Assembly: GCA_965206645.1 (NCBI GenBank)
Contig: CBDBKE010000003.1
Location: 288,001-352,000 of the forward strand
DNA length: 64,000 nucleotides
Reading direction: 5' to 3'
Origin: Terriglobia bacterium
GTDB taxonomy: Bacteria; Acidobacteriota; Terriglobia; JAJPHL01; JAPKYU01
The notes beneath the pieces were generated by a model. The model was not told the DNA's origin. It saw only the letters and a program-made list of their open reading frames with translations, and did not search any database. The position numbers and the translations under genes are program-made. Of this stretch, positions 58,100 through 64,000 are shown one piece after another. Numbering within the stretch: the stretch's first letter is position 1; the number at the start of each line of letters is the position of its first letter.

Positions 58100-60163
58100 A
58101 TGCTTCTGGTTTCCAATTGGCTCCGCGAGTTTGTAGAGATTCCCGTCGAGGACCGGCAGTTGGCCGAGGACTTGACGATGGCCGGCATCGCCATTGATTC
58201 CCTCGGCAGCGCGGACAACGGGGAGAAGGTGCTGGAGGCCGACATCACCACCAACCGCCCCGATGCCATGAATCACTACGGGATGGCGCGGGAAGCCTCG
58301 GCCATTTACGATCGCGACCTGAAGCCCTATCAGGCCGCGCCCGAGGAGGGCGAGCGAGCTGCCGCCTCGTTCGCTTCGGTGGAGATCGCCGACGCCGACC
58401 TGTGCGCGCGCTATTCGGCGCGGGTGATCCTGGGCGTGAAAGCAGGCCCGTCGCCGGAATGGTTGGTGCGGCGGCTGGAAGCGGCCGGGTTGCGCCCAAT
58501 CAATAACGTCACCGACGTCACCAACTACCTACTGCTGGAGCTGGGGCATCCGCTTCACGCCTTTGATTTGGACCGGCTGGCCGGGCGAAAGATTGTCGTG
58601 CGGCGAGCGCGGGCGGGCGAAACCCTGATCACGCTGGACGAAGTGCCGCGCGACCTGGCGCCTCACAACCTGGTGATTGCCGACGCCGAGCGTCCGGTGG
58701 CAATTGCGGGGGTCATGGGCGGGCAACAGAGCAGCATCCACGAGGGGACCAGCAATGTACTGCTGGAGAGCGCCTGGTTTGAGCCGCGTTCGATCCGCAA
58801 GACAGCCAGACAGTTTGGGCTGCATACCGAAGCCAGCCACCGCTTTGAGCGTGGCGCCGACCCGGCCATTCCCGGCCTGGCCGCCGACCGCGCCGCCGAG
58901 TTGATCTCGGCCGTGGCGGGTGGGGAAATCCTGCGCGGCCTGCTCAACGTCTACCCGGCGCGGCAACCACGCTCCCCAATCACTCTGCGCCGGCGCGAAC
59001 TGGACCGCATCCTGGGCGAAGCGGTCCCTTCCGAACAGGTGGAGCGCATCCTGCGCCGTCTCGGCTTCCAAGTGGCGCCAGCCGACGGCACCGAGGGGTG
59101 GACGGCGCTGCCGCCCAGTTTCCGGCTGGACGTGGAGCGCGAAACTGACCTAATCGAAGAAGTGGCGCGCCACTTCGGCTACCAGCGCTTCCCCAGCCGC
59201 CTGCCAGCCTGGACCGGAGTGGCTCACCGCGCTCCCCGCTGGGGCGCGGAATGCGCCGTGCGGGAAACAGCGCTGGCACTAGGCTATAGCGAAACCATCT
59301 CGTTCAGCCTGATCGCGCCGCGCGAGGCCCAGCAATTCTCCAGAGAGCAGCCGGTGCACTTGGCGAATCCGCTCAGCGAAGAAGCCAGCGTGCTGCGCAC
59401 CTCCGGTGTCCCCGGAGCCCTGAGTGCCGTGGAATGGAACCTGAACCGCGGCCAGCGGCGGATCCGGTTATTCGAGATCGGCAAGATTTACCGGGAAGCC
59501 GACGGGGGCTACCAGGAGCCGCCCGTGCTGTGCCTGGCTGCATCTGGGCAGGGGGTCGAGGCCTCGGTCCAGGCGCAGGGGCGAGAGCTGGGCTTCTACG
59601 ACCTGAAAGGGGACGTCGGAACTTTGCTGGAGCGGTTTGAGCACCGCCGGCTTTCTTTTGATTCCGGCGTGGGCGTGGACTACTATCATCCGGGGCGCGC
59701 AGCGCAGGCGGTCATGGACGGCGAAGCTGTAGCGCGCTTCGGCGAAATCCACCCGCAAATCGCCGTTGCCCGCAAATGGCGGCAGCCGGTGCTGGTAGCG
59801 GAACTGTTCTTGGACCGTCTCTGGGGACATCCGTTGCGCCGGCCGCGCTACGAAGCCTTGCCCCGAGTGCCGTCAGTGGCTCGGGACTTTTCCTTGCTGC
59901 TTCCCGAGGGCGTTACATTCGAGCAAGTGGCGCAGGCGGTGCGAAGGCCGGGCATCCCGGAGCTGGCCGAGATTCGGCCGGTGGAGATCTTCCGCGGCGA
60001 GGCGGTGCCGGAAGGCAAGTACAGCCTGCTCTTGCGGCTGGTCTTCCAGCGCCCCGAGCAAACGCTGTCGGATTCTGAGGTCAACCAGTGGAGCCGGGCG
60101 ATTGGCACCGCCCTGGAACAAGAATTGGGCGCCACCCTGCGGACCGAGCAACTGAAAACCTAA
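58100..60163 (+). CDS. pheT: Phenylalanine--tRNA ligase beta subunit (short form)
   Basis: TNRPD, INNVTDVTNY, HPLHAFD, RFERG, DLIEEVAR and the FDX-ACB RDFS segment. Confidence 0.95.
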   Translation: MLLVSNWLREFVEIPVEDRQLAEDLTMAGIAIDSLGSADNGEKVLEADITTNRPDAMNHYGMAREASAIYDRDLKPYQAAPEEGERAAASFASVEIADADLCARYSARVILGVKAGPSPEWLVRRLEAAGLRPINNVTDVTNYLLLELGHPLHAFDLDRLAGRKIVVRRARAGETLITLDEVPRDLAPHNLVIADAERPVAIAGVMGGQQSSIHEGTSNVLLESAWFEPRSIRKTARQFGLHTEASHRFERGADPAIPGLAADRAAELISAVAGGEILRGLLNVYPARQPRSPITLRRRELDRILGEAVPSEQVERILRRLGFQVAPADGTEGWTALPPSFRLDVERETDLIEEVARHFGYQRFPSRLPAWTGVAHRAPRWGAECAVRETALALGYSETISFSLIAPREAQQFSREQPVHLANPLSEEASVLRTSGVPGALSAVEWNLNRGQRRIRLFEIGKIYREADGGYQEPPVLCLAASGQGVEASVQAQGRELGFYDLKGDVGTLLERFEHRRLSFDSGVGVDYYHPGRAAQAVMDGEAVARFGEIHPQIAVARKWRQPVLVAELFLDRLWGHPLRRPRYEALPRVPSVARDFSLLLPEGVTFEQVAQAVRRPGIPELAEIRPVEIFRGEAVPEGKYSLLLRLVFQRPEQTLSDSEVNQWSRAIGTALEQELGATLRTEQLKT

Positions 60164-60179
60164 ACCGGACAGACGAGAA

Positions 60180-60470
60180 ATGGCCCAACCAACCCCTGGC
60201 GGCGAGCGGCAGACTCTGGAGCAGCTCCAGGAACTCGAGGAACGGATCGTCGATACCATCCGGCTGCTGACCCAGATGCGGCAGGCGCGCCAGGCGGCGG
60301 AAACCACGGCGGCCCAGGTACGCGCCGAGCTGGCTGGGCGTGACGCGGAAGTTGCCGCCCTGCGCCGGCAACTGGCGGAAGCCCACAAGGAGCGCGAGGA
60401 GGTCCGCCGGCGAGTAGAAAAATTGCTGCGGCAGATAGACTCCTTGACCAAGGAGCTAACTGACGGATAA
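60180..60470 (+). CDS. ZapB-like coiled-coil cell division protein
   Basis: All coiled-coil, ends EREEVRRRVEKLL; lies between pheT and zapA. Confidence 0.7.
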   Translation: MAQPTPGGERQTLEQLQELEERIVDTIRLLTQMRQARQAAETTAAQVRAELAGRDAEVAALRRQLAEAHKEREEVRRRVEKLLRQIDSLTKELTDG

Positions 60471-60549
60471 TAGCGCGACCTGCTTTCAGCCGCCTGCCTT
60501 TAACAGGCTGAGCAGGGGAGGCAAACCACGCAGCAGAGAAAGCGAATCC

Positions 60550-60855
60550 GTGGCTGAAACTTCTGGAATTCGCGTTGTCATCTACGACCAGGTTTACCAC
60601 ATTCGTCCGAGCGGCGACTCTGCCCCGGAACAGGTGGAATGGCTGGCCCGGTACGTGGACACCCGCATGCGGACGATCGCCGGAAAAACTCGGGACGTGG
60701 ACTCGCTTCGGGTGGCCGTGCTCACCGCGCTTCACATTGCCGATGAGTATCACTCCGTGAAAAGCAACCATGAAGCGCTGCTGGAGGCGGTGAGCGAGAA
60801 AAGCGCCGAGTTCAGCCGCTTGCTGGACACCGAACTCCGCAAAACCGCCGTCTGA
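60550..60855 (+). CDS. zapA: Cell division protein ZapA
   Basis: V.IYDQ.Y, LARYVD.RM and AVLTALHIADE. Confidence 0.9.
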   Translation: MAETSGIRVVIYDQVYHIRPSGDSAPEQVEWLARYVDTRMRTIAGKTRDVDSLRVAVLTALHIADEYHSVKSNHEALLEAVSEKSAEFSRLLDTELRKTAV

Positions 60856-60941
60856 GACAGGTGTCCGTGTTCTGGCGCCAGCACCTTTCGTTCCCGGTCG
60901 ACACCTAGCATCTGAAACCTAAGGCCTGACACCTTTCCATC

Positions 60942-61724
60942 ATGCGAATCCTGTTCATCGGTGACATTTACGGCAGTCCCGGCCGCAAGGCGGTGGCCGA
61001 TTACCTGGCCGACATCGTTTCCAACAAGAAAATTGACCTGGTCGTGGCCAACGGCGAGAATGCCGCCGCCGGCTTTGGCATCACGCCGCGGCTGGCTGAA
61101 GAACTGTTTCAACTAGGCATTGAGGTGATGACCACCGGCAACCATGTCTGGGATAAGAAGGAAATCCTGGACTATTTGGGTCAGCAGCCGCGGCTGCTGC
61201 GGGGTGCCAACTACCCGGCCCAGGCGCCGGGGCGCGGACTCTTTTGTGGCCGGACGCGGGAAGGGGTTCCTTATGCCGTGCTGCACCTGATCGGGCGCGT
61301 TTTCATGGAGCCGCTCGATTCCCCCTTCCGAACCGCCGAAGCGGAGCTGTCCCGGTTGCCGGCCGAGTGCCGCATTCGCATCGTGGACTTCCATGGCGAA
61401 GCCAGTTCCGAGAAGCAGGCGTTTGGCTGGTTCCTCGATGGGCGGGTCACCGCAGTCATCGGCACACACACGCACGTGCCGACCGCCGACGAGCGCGTGC
61501 TGCCCGGCGGCACTGCCTACATCACCGACGTGGGGATGACCGGCCCCTACGAGTCAGTGATCGGCGTAGACCACCAGATCGCTCTGCAAAAATTCCTCAC
61601 CCACATGCCGGTCCGCTTTGAGCCGGCCCGGGGCGATGTGCGCCTTGCTGCAGTGATCCTTGACGCCGATGAAGCCACCGGACGCGCCCGTTCCATTGAA
61701 CGCTACATGCTTTCGGTTTCTTGA
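60942..61724 (+). CDS. ymdB: TIGR00282/YmdB-family metallophosphoesterase
   Basis: LFIGDI.G.PGR, NGEN, TTGNH, DFHGEA.SEK and GTHTH. Confidence 0.92.
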   Translation: MRILFIGDIYGSPGRKAVADYLADIVSNKKIDLVVANGENAAAGFGITPRLAEELFQLGIEVMTTGNHVWDKKEILDYLGQQPRLLRGANYPAQAPGRGLFCGRTREGVPYAVLHLIGRVFMEPLDSPFRTAEAELSRLPAECRIRIVDFHGEASSEKQAFGWFLDGRVTAVIGTHTHVPTADERVLPGGTAYITDVGMTGPYESVIGVDHQIALQKFLTHMPVRFEPARGDVRLAAVILDADEATGRARSIERYMLSVS

Positions 61725-61785
61725 ATTCTTCCTTCTGTGCTTGAGCTGGAACTGCTGGACAGGAGGAACGTCGACCGCTGCCCTC

Positions 61786-63000
61786 TCACTCCGGAGCCGG
61801 TTTCTTGCGGCGCAGGAACGCGGGCACATCCAGGTCATCTTCGGCAAACTCTCCACCGAGCTGGTGCACTAATTCCTCCCGGCGCACGTCCTGGCCCTTG
61901 GGCACCGGAGGCGCAGGCATCGGGGGGGCCGTGCGAATCGGAGGCGGCGAAGGAGACGGGGCCTCCTCGGGCGTTTGGGCGGCCTTCGCCGCGGTGGTGG
62001 CAACTGCCGCGGCGCTCCGTCCACCGACGGTTTCCGAGCGAAACCCGGTGGCGATCACGGTAATCTTGACCGAGTCTTTCATCTGATCATTCAGCACCGC
62101 GCCGAAGATGATGTTGGCGTCTTCGTGCGCCGCCTGGTGGATGATGGAGGAGGCTTCATGGACCTCGTGCAGCATCAGGTCGCTGGAGCCGGTGATGTTG
62201 ATCAGGATGCCTTTGGCGCCCTGGATCGAGGCATCTTCCAGCAGCGGGCTGGAAATGGCGCGGTTGGCCGCCTCCACTGCCCGGTTCTCCCCCGAGGCCA
62301 CCGCCGTTCCCATCAACGCATAGCCCATTCCCTGCATCACCGCTTTTACGTCAGCAAAATCGCGGTTGATGATGCCGGGAATGGTGATGATATCGCTGAT
62401 GCCCTGGACCGCCTGGCGCAGGATGTCGTCGGCGATGTGGAAAGCTTCAAAGAAACTGGTTCCGTGGTCCAGCAACAGTAGGCGTTCGTTGGGGATGGTG
62501 ATGACGGTATCCACAGTTTCGGCCAGCGCGTTCAGTCCTTCCTCGGCCTGCTGCATGCGGCGTCTGCCTTCAAAGGGAAAGGGCTTGGTGATGACGGCGA
62601 CCACCAGCGCGCCCAGTTCGCCGGCCAGCGAAGCGACAATGGGCGCCGCGCCGGTACCCGTGCCGCCACCCAAGCCGGTGGTCACGAAGATCATGTCGGC
62701 GCCTTCCAGCGCTTCGATCAGTTTGTCAGTATCCTCCAGCGCGGCCCGGCGGCCAAGGTCCGGGTTGGCGCCGGCTCCCAGTCCTTTGGTGAGCTTGGAG
62801 CCAATCTGCAACTTCACCGGGGCCTGCGACTGGCGGAGAGCCTGGGCATCGGTGTTGGTCACCAAAAATTCCACGCCTTCCATGCCCACCGAGATCATGC
62901 GGTTGACGGCGTTGCCGCCTCCCCCGCCGACCCCGATCACTTTGATTCGTGCGCCACCACGCGGCTCGTCGCCAAAACTGAATTTGATGGTTTCATCCAT
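61786..63000 (-). CDS. ftsZ: Cell division protein FtsZ
   Basis: [17 protein letters not shown] and C-terminal LDVPAFLR. Confidence 0.97.
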   Translation of the reverse strand: MDETIKFSFGDEPRGGARIKVIGVGGGGGNAVNRMISVGMEGVEFLVTNTDAQALRQSQAPVKLQIGSKLTKGLGAGANPDLGRRAALEDTDKLIEALEGADMIFVTTGLGGGTGTGAAPIVASLAGELGALVVAVITKPFPFEGRRRMQQAEEGLNALAETVDTVITIPNERLLLLDHGTSFFEAFHIADDILRQAVQGISDIITIPGIINRDFADVKAVMQGMGYALMGTAVASGENRAVEAANRAISSPLLEDASIQGAKGILINITGSSDLMLHEVHEASSIIHQAAHEDANIIFGAVLNDQMKDSVKITVIATGFRSETVGGRSAAAVATTAAKAAQTPEEAPSPSPPPIRTAPPMPAPPVPKGQDVRREELVHQLGGEFAEDDLDVPAFLRRKKPAPE

Positions 63001-63022
63001 AAAGCCACTCCAATGCGCTTTT

Positions 63023-64000
63023 CTATCCTTTGCCCGCGAAAAAGGTCCGAATCCGGGGTCCCAGGCCCGTCCGCTGGGATTCTTGGCGCTGGCGCACGCG
63101 TTGGGCGAAGAACAACAAGCCGACCAGTGCAGCGTAGGCTGGGTGCTCCAGTGTTTCTGGTCCGCCATCCAGTTTAGCCGGCAGGCCGATGCGGGCGGGA
63201 ACGTCCAGAACCTCCTCGGCGACGTCGCACATCCCCGCCAGTCGGGCGCCGCCGCCAGTCAAGACTACTCCCGCACCCACCTGGCGCTCCAGGCCCACGC
63301 GGCGCAACTCGTCACGTACCAGGGCGAGCACTTCTTGGGCGCGCGGCTCCAGGATATCGGCCAGAGCGCGCTGGGGCATCAGCCGAGACGGCCGGTCGCC
63401 AACGCTGGGCACCTCAATGGAAGTGTTTTCTCCGGCCAGCAGGTGAGTCGCCACACCAAAGCTGCGTTTGATCTTCTCCGCATCGGGGATGGGGGTACGA
63501 AGGCCGACTGCAATGTCATTGGTGAAATGATCACCTCCGATCGTAATGGTGACGCAGTGCTGCAGTGCCCCCTGGCGGAAGACTACTACATCCGTCGAAC
63601 CGGCACCGATGTCCACGAGCACCACCCCAAGCTCCCGCTCATCACTGTTTAGCACGGCCTCCGAGGCGGCCAGCGGTTCGAGCACGGTCTCCTCCACAAC
63701 TAAGCCGGCCCGGTTCGCGGCAGTGACCAGGTTGGTAACAGCGCCGGAGGCGGCCGTCACGATGTGCACGTTGACCTCCAGCCGACCCCCGATCATCCCC
63801 ACCGGGTCGCGGATGCCATCCTGAGAATCCAGCAGGAATTCCTGGGGCACGACGTGTAGCACGGTGCAATCCGACGGCAGCGGGATCGTCCGGGCTACCT
63901 CCACCGCTTTGCGCACATCCTCGCGCTGTATCTCTCGATGGCGGGAAGAAATGTTGATGCCCCCCCGGCTGTTGACCCCTTTCAGCTGGGAGGCCCCCAA
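63023..64000 (-). CDS. ftsA: Cell division protein FtsA (5' end outside the window)
   Basis: [22 protein letters not shown] and VLTGGG. Confidence 0.96.
   Translation of the reverse strand: MGASQLKGVNSRGGINISSRHREIQREDVRKAVEVARTIPLPSDCTVLHVVPQEFLLDSQDGIRDPVGMIGGRLEVNVHIVTAASGAVTNLVTAANRAGLVVEETVLEPLAASEAVLNSDERELGVVLVDIGAGSTDVVVFRQGALQHCVTITIGGDHFTNDIAVGLRTPIPDAEKIKRSFGVATHLLAGENTSIEVPSVGDRPSRLMPQRALADILEPRAQEVLALVRDELRRVGLERQVGAGVVLTGGGARLAGMCDVAEEVLDVPARIGLPAKLDGGPETLEHPAYAALVGLLFFAQRVRQRQESQRTGLGPRIRTFFAGKG

Overview
Bacterial chromosome segment, most likely from an Acidobacteriota genome. This is inferred from the Acidobacteria-type VWA protein, the short PheT and the cox operon layout. 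IS density, gene decay and eukaryote-like repeat proteins suggest a host-associated lifestyle such as a sponge symbiont. Positions 1-14.6 kb are an IS-shredded accessory/defence island. It holds two IS3-family element types (a second copy of one lies at 25 kb), IS5/IS903-, IS6- and IS21-family elements, tiny TIR-only derivatives, toxin-antitoxin pairs, type I R-M relics, a 5'-truncated large putative defence protein and a secreted protein with 24 modular Sel1-like repeats. Positions 14.8-33 kb are accessory metabolism: B12-radical SAM, CehA/McbA hydrolase, PQQ-like propeller, SSS symporter, Prx6, MBL-rhodanese, porin, aldolase and two isomerases, PncA. Positions 33-50 kb carry the A1-type cytochrome c oxidase operon, TPR, ALDH and scramblase genes, a decayed pilS/pilR pair, tadA, tRNA-Ser(CGA) and a decayed SBP56 locus. 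Positions 50-64 kb are core genes: accC, thrS-infC-rpmI-rplT-pheS-pheT-zapB-zapA-ymdB, convergent with ftsA-ftsZ. The best candidates for something new are the cassette-shuffled Sel1 array, a thrice-repeated ~27-bp motif with a nested palindrome at 14.4-14.6 kb, and an IS-split C-terminal domain on the MBL-rhodanese protein. All calls are by eye from motifs; no database searches were run.
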